Assembly: GCA_963770565.1 (NCBI GenBank)
Contig: CAVYQE010000011.1
Span: 928,001 to 992,000 of the forward strand
Length of the DNA stretch: 64,000 nucleotides
Direction of reading: 5' to 3'
Source: an uncultured Actinomycetota bacterium
GTDB lineage: Bacteria > Actinomycetota > Actinomycetes > JAFAQI01
The stretch's first letter is position 1, and each line of letters opens with the position of its first letter. Shown in pieces: positions 1-8,700 of this stretch. A model generated the notes under the pieces. The model made no database searches and was not told where the DNA came from. It saw only the letters and a list, made by a program, of their open reading frames with translations. Both the position numbers and the translations under genes were made by a program.

Positions 1-74
1 CCCACCGCCAGGAACTTGGATGCAACGGCCACCCCCCACGAGGTGCCGTCGGTGGCCGCGATCGAGAAGGTCAT
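1..74 (-). CDS. DUF1028 family (Ntn-hydrolase-like) protein, 5' part; runs off the window
   Basis: Minus strand from ATG at 74 reads MTFSIAATDGTSWGVAVASKFLAVG, the typical DUF1028 N-terminus. Confidence 0.75.
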   Translation of the reverse strand, partial: MTFSIAATDGTSWGVAVASKFLAV

Positions 75-153
75 GCCGCAGGGTATTAGTCCGGCCCGAC
101 CGCGCGCCGCATCGTGCCAAGGGACCTCGAACCCGGGGCACTAGGCTCGCGTC

Positions 154-1179
154 GTGCGAATCGGTGTGCTGACCGGCGGTGGCGACTGTCCAGGGCTCAA
201 TGCGGTGATCCGGGCCGCGGTGCGCAAGGGCACGGAGACCTACGGCCACTCGTTCCTGGGCTTCCGCGACGGCTGGAAGGGCCCGCTCGAGGGCCTGACA
301 ATGCCGCTCGACGTCTCGGCGACCCGCGGCATCCTGCCTCGCGGCGGCACCATCCTCGGCTCGTCTCGCACCAACCCGCTGAAGGTCGACGGCGGCATCG
401 AGGCGATCCGCGCCAACCTTCGGTCGCTTGAGGTCGACGCGCTGATCGCGATCGGCGGTGAGGACACCCTCGGCGTCGCGACCGTCCTGGCCGCCGAAGG
501 GCTGCGGGTGGTCGGCGTACCGAAGACCATCGACAACGACCTCAGCGCCACCGACTACACCTTCGGCTTCGACACCGCGGTGCAGATCGCGGTCGACGCG
601 ATCGACCGCTTGCACACGACCGCGGAGTCGCACCACCGGGTGCTGATCGTCGAGGTGATGGGCCGGCACGCGGGCTGGATCGCGTTGCACTCGGGCCTGG
701 CCGGCGGGGCGAACGTCATTCTGATCCCCGAGCGGCCGTTCGACATCGACCAGGTCTGTGCCTTCATCGAGCACCGGTTCGCCTCGCACTACTCGCCGAT
801 CGTCGTCGTGGCCGAAGGCGCGGTGCCCGCGGCCGGCACGATGGCGCTGCAGGACCAGGGCGTCGACGCCTTCGGTCATGTGCGGCTCGGGGGGATCGGG
901 TCGATGCTCGCTGCGGAGATCGAGGCCCGCACCGGTAAGGAAGCCCGGGCCACGGTGCTCGGGCACGTGCAACGAGGGGGTACGCCGACCGCGTACGACC
1001 GGGTGCTCGCGACCAGGTTCGGCCTGCATGCAATCGACGCGGTTCACGAGGGCGACAGCGGCGTGATGGTCGCGCTCCGCGGCACCGAGATCGTCCGGGT
1101 GCCGCTCGCCGACGCGACCAGTGAGCTGAAGACGGTTTCACCCGAGCGCTATGCAGAGGTCGAGGTCTTCTTCGGGTGA
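154..1179 (+). CDS. pfkA: 6-phosphofructokinase, actinobacterial group III (ATP- or PPi-dependent)
   Basis: LTGGGDCPGLN, GGEDTLG, PKTIDND, EVMGRHAGW and LGHVQRGG motifs; TAGGCT -10 hexamer 6 nt before the GTG. Confidence 0.95.
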   Translation: MRIGVLTGGGDCPGLNAVIRAAVRKGTETYGHSFLGFRDGWKGPLEGLTMPLDVSATRGILPRGGTILGSSRTNPLKVDGGIEAIRANLRSLEVDALIAIGGEDTLGVATVLAAEGLRVVGVPKTIDNDLSATDYTFGFDTAVQIAVDAIDRLHTTAESHHRVLIVEVMGRHAGWIALHSGLAGGANVILIPERPFDIDQVCAFIEHRFASHYSPIVVVAEGAVPAAGTMALQDQGVDAFGHVRLGGIGSMLAAEIEARTGKEARATVLGHVQRGGTPTAYDRVLATRFGLHAIDAVHEGDSGVMVALRGTEIVRVPLADATSELKTVSPERYAEVEVFFG

Positions 1180-2483
1180 CGATTGCTGCGCAGCAGCCGG
1201 ACTGGCCCGATCCGGCCGAGGTTGCTGCCGTCGGGGCGGAGCTCGCCGTGCTGCCCGGCCTGGTCGATCCGGCCGACTGTGACGTCCTGCGGGAGCGGCT
1301 GGCCGCGGCCGGCCGCGGCCAGGCGTTCGTGTTGCAGGGCGGTGACTGCGCCGAAACCTTCGCCGGTGTAGTGGACGCGCAGGTGCGCGACAAGCTGCGG
1401 ACGATCCTGCAGATGGCGGTCGTGCTGACGTACGGCGCCGGGTTGCCGATCGTCAAGATCGGCCGGATGGGTGGGCAGTTCGCCAAGCCCAGGAGCACCG
1501 ACATCGAGGCGTTGACCGGGTTGCCGTCGTACCGCGGGGATGCGGTCAACGACCTGGCCGCAACGCCCGAGGCGAGGATCCCGGATCCGCGCCGGATGTT
1601 GCAGGCGTACCACGCGAGCGCCACGACCCTCGCGCTGCTGGCGCAGCACACCCGCGGCGGGCTGGCCGACCTGCACCAGGTGCACGACTGGAACAAGGAC
1701 TTCGTCCGCGCCTCGCCGGCCGGCGAGCGCTACGAGCAACTCGCTCAGGACATCGACCGGGCGCTGGCGTTCATGCGGGCCTGCGGGGTCGACCTCGACC
1801 ATGAGGCGACGATGCACGGGGTCGAGTTCTTCGCCAGCCACGAGGCGCTGCTGCTCGACTACGAACGTCCCTTGACCCGGCACGACGACACCCGCGACGC
1901 CGACTACGACCGCTCCGGCCACATGGTCTGGATCGGCGAGCGCACCCGGGCGATCGACGGCGCGCATGTCGAGTTCGCGAGCCGGATCGCCAACCCGATC
2001 GGGGTGAAGCTGGGCCCGGGTGTGTCAGTGGACGAGGCGATCGCACTTGCCGGGCGGCTCGATCCGGACCAGCTGCCGGGCCGGTTGAGCTTCATCACCC
2101 GGATGGGAGCCGACCGGGTTCGCGAGGTCCTGCCGGACCTGGTCGCCGGGGTCGCGGCCGCCGGTGTGTCCGTCACCTGGATCTGCGATCCCATGCACGG
2201 CAACACAATCTCCTCGCCGAGCGGCTACAAGACCCGGCGCTTCGACGACGTGATCGACGAGGTGCGCGGCTTCTTCGAGGTGCACCGCGGCCTTGGTACG
2301 ACGCCGGGCGGGATCCACGTCGAGCTGACCGGCGAGGACGTCACCGAGTGCCTCGGCGGCGCACTCGACATCGACCACACCGATCTCGCCGGGCGCTACG
2401 AGACCGCGTGCGACCCGCGGCTGAACACCGGCCAGTCGCTGGAGCTGGCCTTCCTGGTCGCGGAGATGCTGCACGGCGGCTGA
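1176..2483 (+). CDS. aroG: Class II DAHP synthase (3-deoxy-7-phosphoheptulonate synthase)
   Basis: QGGDCAE, GRMGGQFAKPRS, WIGERTR, CDPMHGN and YETACDPRLN motifs; GTGA overlap with pfkA. Confidence 0.95.
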   Translation: MTIAAQQPDWPDPAEVAAVGAELAVLPGLVDPADCDVLRERLAAAGRGQAFVLQGGDCAETFAGVVDAQVRDKLRTILQMAVVLTYGAGLPIVKIGRMGGQFAKPRSTDIEALTGLPSYRGDAVNDLAATPEARIPDPRRMLQAYHASATTLALLAQHTRGGLADLHQVHDWNKDFVRASPAGERYEQLAQDIDRALAFMRACGVDLDHEATMHGVEFFASHEALLLDYERPLTRHDDTRDADYDRSGHMVWIGERTRAIDGAHVEFASRIANPIGVKLGPGVSVDEAIALAGRLDPDQLPGRLSFITRMGADRVREVLPDLVAGVAAAGVSVTWICDPMHGNTISSPSGYKTRRFDDVIDEVRGFFEVHRGLGTTPGGIHVELTGEDVTECLGGALDIDHTDLAGRYETACDPRLNTGQSLELAFLVAEMLHGG

Positions 2484-2510
2484 CCGATCCGGGGTGGCTG
2501 CGTTCCGCGT

Positions 2511-3389
2511 CTAGCGAATGATCACCGCGATCGCGATCCCGAGGGTCAGCGCGAGCACCAGCACGATCACCGCGAACACCGGGGAGACCGCGGGTCCCGG
2601 GTCGCGGTCCTCGTCGACCGCCCGCAGGACCGCCTCGTGGCTGGGCAGGACCGCGACCGCCCGGGTCGCGATCCGGCCGATCATCGCCTCGCGGGCGTCG
2701 TCGTCCATGGCCCGGATCGGCAGGCCGGCCGCGAGCCGCCGGCCCTTGGCGAGGGTCTCCATCACGGTCTCGCAGGCCGGGCAGTGGGCGGTGTGGCGCC
2801 GCAGCGGCGCGGCCCGGGGTGCTTCGAGGGTCCCTTCGGCCATCCGGCTGAGCGAGACCAGGTCGACCGTGGTCCGGCCCTCATGTGCGGACAGGTCGGG
2901 CACGGCGACCCCGTCGTACGCCGCGACCAGGTGCAGCCGCCCGGCCGCGGTCAGCTCGGCGGCCGACTCGGTGCCCCGGCGAAGCGCGACGCCGACCGCC
3001 TGGGGCGGCAGGTCGTAGCCGTCGCGCAGCACCACTGCGGCCCGCTCGCCCTCGGGCAGCCCGGCGAGGGCGGCCCTGATCTGCGCCTCGCCCCCGGTGC
3101 CGGCGAGCACGCTGGCCGGCTCCTCGACCGTGGTCAGGCTGCCCGGTGCGTTGGCCATGCTGCCGTGCTCGATCGCCCGGGCGAACCACCAGCCGGCGAG
3201 GTCGATGACGGTCTCGGGCTCGGTGACGACCGCATCGAGCAAGGCGAAGGCCTGGGTCTCGCTGACGTCGATCGCTTCCAGCACCGGCGCCCCGCTGCGG
3301 CGGAGCAGGTCGTTGACCCGGTCGGCATAGACCCGCACCGCGCTGACGAAGTCGTCCGCGGAGACGAGGGCGACGACGTCGCGGGGCAC
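2511..3389 (-). CDS. ECF-sigma-like protein: sigma region 4 + zf-HC2 zinc finger + C-terminal TM helix
   Basis: LAGLPEGERAAVVLRDGYDL (sigma4-like), HTAHCPAC (HxxxCxxC), hydrophobic C-terminus; start placed at GTG 3389 downstream of TAACCT. Confidence 0.65.
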   Translation of the reverse strand: MPRDVVALVSADDFVSAVRVYADRVNDLLRRSGAPVLEAIDVSETQAFALLDAVVTEPETVIDLAGWWFARAIEHGSMANAPGSLTTVEEPASVLAGTGGEAQIRAALAGLPEGERAAVVLRDGYDLPPQAVGVALRRGTESAAELTAAGRLHLVAAYDGVAVPDLSAHEGRTTVDLVSLSRMAEGTLEAPRAAPLRRHTAHCPACETVMETLAKGRRLAAGLPIRAMDDDAREAMIGRIATRAVAVLPSHEAVLRAVDEDRDPGPAVSPVFAVIVLVLALTLGIAIAVIIR

Positions 3390-3438
3390 GCGGAATAGGT
3401 TAGGGCGACTCGGTACCCAATCCTTGGAGGCAGCGCCC

Positions 3439-4479
3439 GTGCCGGCAATCGTCGACCTTCGCAGCGACACCGTGACGCGCCCGACCGAGGCGATGCGGCG
3501 GGCCATGGCCGAGGCCGAGGTCGGCGACGACGTCTACTCGGAGGACCCGTCCGTCAACGCTCTCGAGGCCGAGGTGGCCGAGCTGTTCGGGCACGGCGCG
3601 GCGATGTTCGTGCCGACCGGCACGATGGGCAACCAGGTCGCGCTTCGGATGCTCTGCGGGCATGGCGATGAGCTGCTCTGCGACGCGGACGCGCACATCG
3701 TCAGCTACGAGGCGGGCGGTCTTGCGGCCCAGGGCGGGATCCAGACCCGCACGATGGTGGTGCCGAACGGCCGCCTGACTCCCGAGGTGGTCGAACCGCA
3801 GATCCGGACGGTCGGCTTCCACGCGGTGCCCACCAAGGCGCTGGCGGTCGAGCAGACCCACAACCGGGGTGGGGGAGCGGTCTACTCGTTCGCCCTCCTG
3901 CACGAGCTGCGGGCCTTGTCCGCCGCGCACGGGCTCGCACTGCACTGCGACGGCGCCCGGATCTGGAACGCGCACGTCGCGTCCGGCGTGCCCCTGACGA
4001 CGTACGGCGACCTGTTCGACACCCTGTCGGTCTGCCTGAGCAAGGGTCTCGGCGCTCCGGTCGGCTCGATGGTCGTGATGAAGGACCCGGATCGGCTGGA
4101 GGCGGCGCGCGACCTGCGGCATCGGCTCGGCGGCGCGATGCGGCAGGCCGGCATTCTTGCCGCGGCCGGCCGGTACGCGATCGCCCATCACATCGAGCGG
4201 CTCGCCGACGACCACGAACGCGCGAAGCGGCTCGCGGCCGGCATTGCCGATGCGGCACCCGGCGTTGCCGACCCGGACGAGGTCGAGACCAACATCGTGA
4301 TGCTTGATGTGTCCGGCGTACCGATCGATGCGGTGACCCTCGCGGCGGTCTGCGAGGAGGAGGGCGTGCTCGTGTCGTGCATGGCGTCGCAGTGGGTGCG
4401 GCTCGTCACGCATCTCGATGTCGACGACGCCGGCATCGAGCGCGCGCTCGACGTGATCCGCCCGGCCCTCGCCGGTTAG
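3439..4479 (+). CDS. ltaE: Low-specificity L-threonine aldolase (PLP)
   Basis: DLRSDTVTRP, GDDVYSEDP, HCDGARIWN and CLSKGLGAPVGS motifs; GGAGG before GTG 3439. Confidence 0.92.
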   Translation: MPAIVDLRSDTVTRPTEAMRRAMAEAEVGDDVYSEDPSVNALEAEVAELFGHGAAMFVPTGTMGNQVALRMLCGHGDELLCDADAHIVSYEAGGLAAQGGIQTRTMVVPNGRLTPEVVEPQIRTVGFHAVPTKALAVEQTHNRGGGAVYSFALLHELRALSAAHGLALHCDGARIWNAHVASGVPLTTYGDLFDTLSVCLSKGLGAPVGSMVVMKDPDRLEAARDLRHRLGGAMRQAGILAAAGRYAIAHHIERLADDHERAKRLAAGIADAAPGVADPDEVETNIVMLDVSGVPIDAVTLAAVCEEEGVLVSCMASQWVRLVTHLDVDDAGIERALDVIRPALAG

Positions 4480-4482
4480 CGG

Positions 4483-5508
4483 CTACGGCACCGTCACCAG
4501 GCGCTTCCCGACCAACGGCGGCAAGTCGCGGGCCGCGGCGGCGAGAGCCTGCAGGTCGACGTCGACGAGCGCCTGAGGTCCGTCACATAGCGCGGTGCCG
4601 GGCTCCGGGTGCAGGTCGACCATGACCGCGTCGGCACCGGCCGCAATCGCGGCGCGGGCGAGCGGTACGACGAGCTCGCGCCGGCCGCCGGCATGTGACG
4701 GGTCGACGATCACCGGCAGGTGTGACAGCGAATGGACCAGCGGCACGGCGCTGATGTCCAGGGTGTTGCGGTAGGCGGTCTCGAAGGTGCGGATCCCGCG
4801 TTCGCACAGCACGATGTCGAGGTTGCCGCGCTGCGCGATGTATTCCGCCGCCATCAGCCACTCCTCGATGGTGGCGTTCATGCCGCGCTTGAGCATGACC
4901 GGCTTGCCGACGCTGCCGGCGGCCTGCAGCAGCGCGAAGTTCTGCATGTTGCGGGTGCCGATCTGAAGCATGTCGGCGTACCCGCTGACCAGGTCGACGT
5001 CCTGCGCGTCGACGACCTCGGTGACGATCGGCAGCCCGGTCTCCGCCTTGGCTTCCGCGAGGATCCTCAGACCGGCTTCGCCGAGACCCTGGAAGGCGTA
5101 CGGCGACGTGCGCGGCTTGAACGCACCGCCGCGCAACAGGGCGGCACCGGCGGACTTCGCCATCCGGGCAGCTGCGACAGTCTGCTCCGGCGTCTCGACC
5201 GCGCACGGCCCGGCAATCAGCGTGAAGGTCGCAGGCCCGATCGGCACCCCGTCGACCGACACGGTCGATGTCTCGGGATGGTTCTCCCGGCTGACCAGCT
5301 TGTAGGCGGCCGAGATCCGGACGACGTTGCTGACCCCGGGCAGAGCGTCGAGGTTCAGCGTCTCGAACTGCTCGACGTCGCCGACCAGGCCCACGATCGT
5401 GCGGTGCACGCCGCGGCTGACGAACGCCGAGCCGCCCGCGCCCTGCACCGTGCGGACCACGGCGTCCAGCTGCTCGGCTGTTGCCTCCGATGTCATGACC
5501 ACCACCAT
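4483..5508 (-). CDS. aroF: Type I-beta DAHP synthase with N-terminal ferredoxin-like (ACT-like) regulatory domain
   Basis: IAGPCAVE, RGGAFKPRTSPYAFQG, QIGTRNMQN, LCERGIRTFE and DPSH motifs; ~65-aa N-terminal extension. Confidence 0.93.
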   Translation of the reverse strand: MVVVMTSEATAEQLDAVVRTVQGAGGSAFVSRGVHRTIVGLVGDVEQFETLNLDALPGVSNVVRISAAYKLVSRENHPETSTVSVDGVPIGPATFTLIAGPCAVETPEQTVAAARMAKSAGAALLRGGAFKPRTSPYAFQGLGEAGLRILAEAKAETGLPIVTEVVDAQDVDLVSGYADMLQIGTRNMQNFALLQAAGSVGKPVMLKRGMNATIEEWLMAAEYIAQRGNLDIVLCERGIRTFETAYRNTLDISAVPLVHSLSHLPVIVDPSHAGGRRELVVPLARAAIAAGADAVMVDLHPEPGTALCDGPQALVDVDLQALAAAARDLPPLVGKRLVTVP

Positions 5509-5540
5509 CGCTGCGTGTCTCCTCGAAAAGGACCGGCACG

Positions 5541-5572
5541 AAAAAAGCCCCGGGCGAGTGCGCCCGGGGCTC
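5541..5572 (-). terminator. Intrinsic terminator of the aroF leader (attenuator)
   Basis: Minus strand AGCCCCGGGCG-CACT-CGCCCGGGGCT followed by a U run, about 30 nt upstream of the aroF ATG. Confidence 0.9.
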
Positions 5573-5592
5573 GTCGTTGCGGAGTCGCGCTG

Positions 5593-5655
5593 CTACTCCA
5601 CCCGACCGAGCGATAGCCCGGGCCTGGCGTAATAGCAAAAGAACCAGCGCGTCAC
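5593..5655 (-). CDS. Aromatic amino acid leader peptide MTRWFFCYYARPGLSLGRVE
   Basis: GTG ACG CGC TGG TTC TTT TGC TAT TAC ... GAG TAG; 5 of 6 consecutive codons are aromatic; lies directly upstream of the terminator and aroF. Confidence 0.82.
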   Translation of the reverse strand: MTRWFFCYYARPGLSLGRVE

Positions 5656-5664
5656 ACGATCATG

Positions 5665-6586
5665 CTACTCGAACCGTTCGATCGCCGCATCCTTGGCCTG
5701 CTTCGGGGAGAGCTCGACCATGTACATGGCGAGGAGGACGAGTGCCGCGCCCACGATGATCCGCGGCCCGAGGTGGTCCCCGCCGAGGGTCACGCCGAAG
5801 ATCCCGGCGAAGACCGGCTCCATCGTCAGCACCACCGCGGTCCGGGTCGGCGCGAGATGGGTCTGAGCCCAAGTCTGGATCAGGTACGCCAGGGTCGTCG
5901 CTGCGAGTGAGGTCAGCAGGATCGCGCCCCAGACGGCTGCATCCGGAGGTGGCGCCAGCGTGCTCGGGCGCGGCGATCACGATCGACAGCACCGCAACCG
6001 TGGTCAGTTGCACGACGGCAAGACCCGCCGACTCGTACGACGATGACCACTCGCCGAGACCGACGATGTGCAGGCCGAAGGCAAGCGCGCAGACCAGGGT
6101 CAGCGCCTCGCCGCCGCCGATCGAGAAGCCGTGCAACGAGATGAAGCCGAGCCCGATGGTCGCAAGGACGACCGCCGCCAGCGTCATCCGGTCGAGCCGG
6201 CGGCGCAGCAACACCGCAGCACACAGCGGGGTGAAGACGACGAAGAGCCCGGTGATGAAACCCGAGATCGATGCCGGGGTGTGCTGGAGCCCGACGGTCT
6301 GTGCGATGTATCCGCCGCCCAGGGCCAGGCCAAGCGCGATGCCGGCTCGCCAACCCTTTGCGTCAAGGCTCAGCACTGACCGTGGCCGGACCAGAGCCAT
6401 CGCGATCGCCGCGATGGCGAACCGCCAGGCCAGGAAGTCCATCACCGGCATCCGGGTCACCGCATGTTTCACGATGACGAACGTCGAGCCCCAGACTGCC
6501 GTGACCGCGACCAGCCCGACGGTGGCAAGACGTTGCTCCCGCGCGGTCGCCACAGGTACATCCTTCGGTATCGGTCTGAGCTGCAC
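5665..6586 (-). CDS. EamA/DMT family transporter (one frameshift near 5966)
   Basis: VWGSTFVIVK and multiple TM helices; the second EamA repeat (TWAQTHLAPTRTAVVLTMEPVFAG...) continues in a shifted frame to TAG at 5665. Confidence 0.85.
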
Positions 6587-6671
6587 GGATAGCTACCCGG
6601 CGCCGAGCCAACTGATCTCGGCCGGCAATGCATGTCTACAGGGCACAACAGGGCGCGTCGATACATGTCAG

Positions 6672-7235
6672 ATGGGTCCCGAGCGCTCGACTGGGAGAAA
6701 CACGCGAGACCGTTCCCGTTATCAACGCGGAGCGGTCGCGAGTCGCACGGCTGTCGGCGTCGCGGTTGTCGGGCTCCTCGCCTTGGCCATCGGTGCCATC
6801 ATCGTCATCAACCACCAGCGCAGCCATCAGAGCGCCACATCGATCGACCTCTCGCAAGTTCTCGGCGCGCAGAACGGTCCCACGCCGGCGCCGACCTCGC
6901 TGGAGCCGTACCTCGACCCGGATCTCGGAATCCGCCTCAGCGTGGCGGACCAGGCCGTTCGCAGTGACTTGCGCCTTGCGGCGACCGGCGAGGAGACGTA
7001 CTTCACGCTGCACAACGAGTACACGACCTCGATCGCCCAGCTCGAGACGGAGGGGTACGTGGCCTCCCCGCCGACCATGTATGCACCGGGGAGTCCGACT
7101 GTCGTGCCGCAGGCGTTCGGGGGAGCCGGTTTTTGCCTCTCCGCCACATCCGCGACCGGCAAGGTCTGGTTCTACGACAGCAAGCGCGGCGGCATGCAGC
7201 CGCCGGCGCCCACTTACACCTGCTCGCTGGCATAG
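6672..7235 (+). CDS. Pilin-like membrane-anchored protein
   Basis: RYQRG then a hydrophobic helix; C-terminal DQAVRSDLRLAATGEETYFT...FCLSATSATGKVWFYDS resembles actinobacterial type IV pilin domains. Confidence 0.55.
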   Translation: MGPERSTGRNTRDRSRYQRGAVASRTAVGVAVVGLLALAIGAIIVINHQRSHQSATSIDLSQVLGAQNGPTPAPTSLEPYLDPDLGIRLSVADQAVRSDLRLAATGEETYFTLHNEYTTSIAQLETEGYVASPPTMYAPGSPTVVPQAFGGAGFCLSATSATGKVWFYDSKRGGMQPPAPTYTCSLA

Positions 7236-7343
7236 CCAAGATCGAGCCGGACCGCCGCTGTCATTCGGTGATGCGGTATCGCGCGGGTCGGGGTTCGCCG
7301 TACCCTTCGCGTGCGACCTGCCTACCAGCCGGGGGAGTGACCG

Positions 7344-7838
7344 TTGATCGAGATGCACCTCGGCGACGACGAGTACGACGACGACGAGGTCGGCGACTAC
7401 CCGATCGGCTCCGCGCGCGGGCGGCTGTTCTGGTCGATGGTGTGGTCGACGCCCTCGCTCGCGATCGCGTCACTGCTACTCGGGTTCGCTTCGCTGACCA
7501 TCATTCAGGCGGCCGACGAAATCGGTGACACGGCCCTGTTCGGCTCGCACAGCCGCAATCCGTCGAACCTGGTGCAGCTTCGAGTCACAGCCGGGGTACG
7601 GCTGGTGATCGCGTTGATCGCGCTGGGCCTGGCGCTCACCGGCGCCACCCGCCTTCTCGCGGGTTACACCGACGCCGCAGCCGCGGACGAGCCAGCGCCG
7701 GAGTCGACCGAGCCGCAGTGGGTCCGGGCGGTCGTTGGTGCGGCGTTCCTCATTGCACTGATCGCGGCGTTGGTCAACGTCGTCGCGCTGATCTACGCGC
7801 TCCAGGCATCAACGCCGTCGGGAAGCCCGTTCGGCTAG
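7344..7838 (+). CDS. Hypothetical membrane protein (about 3 TM, acidic N-terminus)
   Basis: ORF with three hydrophobic segments and GC3-rich codon usage. Confidence 0.65.
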   Translation: MIEMHLGDDEYDDDEVGDYPIGSARGRLFWSMVWSTPSLAIASLLLGFASLTIIQAADEIGDTALFGSHSRNPSNLVQLRVTAGVRLVIALIALGLALTGATRLLAGYTDAAAADEPAPESTEPQWVRAVVGAAFLIALIAALVNVVALIYALQASTPSGSPFG

Positions 7839-8694
7839 CTGTCGCGCAGCGCCTTGAGCAAGGCGATGTCACGGGCCTGACCGTCGATTCCCCCGGGCGT
7901 CTCGACGATGACCGGCACACCACGCGTGGCCGGATGGCGGAACAGCTCGGCAAACGGGTCCGCCCCGATCAGCCCTGCGCCGATCGTCGCGTGCCGATCC
8001 CGCTTGGAGCCCAGGCGGTCCTTGGAATCGTTGGCGTGCACCAGTTTCAGCCGTCCTCGGCCGACCGCGCGAACCAGCGCGTTGAGCATCGTGCGCACCC
8101 CGCCGGGTACGGCGAGATCGTGCCCGGCGGCGATACGCGTGACAGGTGTCGAGGCACACACCGAGCCGCGGGTGGGACTCAAGGGCGGCGAAAAGCGGCT
8201 CGAGGTCGTCGACGGTTGCCGCAATCGGCTGACCGCCACCCGCGGACGGTTCGATCAGCAGATCGGGGTCGTCGTCGCCGAGCGAGTCGAGGATCGGCAA
8301 CAGCAACTCGCGGGTCGCGGCGAGCCCGCGGTCGCGATTCGCGGCAGTCGATCGCCGCGCCGGCATGCAGCACTACACCATGCGCGCCGAGCAGTGCGCC
8401 GCGCGCCACCGAGTGCCGGATCGCCTCGACCGATCGCGCTCTCGTCACAGCGGTCGGCGAGGCGAGGTTGACCAGGTACGGCGCATGAACGAAGACCGGA
8501 AGCCGTTGCTGGGCGCAGCGTTCGGCGAACGTCGCGTCAGCGGTGAAGGTCGGTTTGGGTTGCGCCCAGCCGCGGGGATTCGATGCGAACACCTGGATCG
8601 CCTCGGCGCCGGCCCGCTCCGCATACGTCAGTCCGGACGGGCTTCCGGACAGCGGGATGTGGCAGCCGATCGGCGACGGCTTGCGCGGGGGCAC
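7835..8694 (-). CDS. nfo: Endonuclease IV (AP endonuclease), split by two frameshifts (~8350, ~8135)
   Basis: QVFASNPRGW, HAPYLVNLAS, VVLHAG, CLDTCH, HANDSK, DRHATIG and IVETP motifs spread over three frames. Confidence 0.85.
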
Positions 8695-8700
8695 CGCCTA

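Larger units (their letters stand above)
5541..5667 (-). promoter_or_regulatory. Transcription attenuator of aroF (TAGCAT -10, leader ORF, antiterminator, terminator)
   Basis: TAGCAT (5667-5662) lies 6 nt before the leader GTG; a long hairpin at 5562-5623 can sequester the terminator 5' arm. Confidence 0.8.

Noticed and set aside
5652-5663. ATG ATC GTG TGA micro-ORF as the aro leader
   Set aside because: Only 3 codons, overlaps the predicted -10 and has no regulatory codons; the GTG frame explains the structure
5669-5681. LexA box near the aro leader promoter (TCGAAC-C-GTTCGA)
   Set aside because: Half-sites are separated by 1 nt instead of 4, and the site lies in EamA coding sequence
5661-8694. 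EamA and nfo as true pseudogenes or programmed frameshifts
   Set aside because: Single-base indels without other decay or clear slippery-site structures; the same pattern hits essential ileS, so assembly error is more likely
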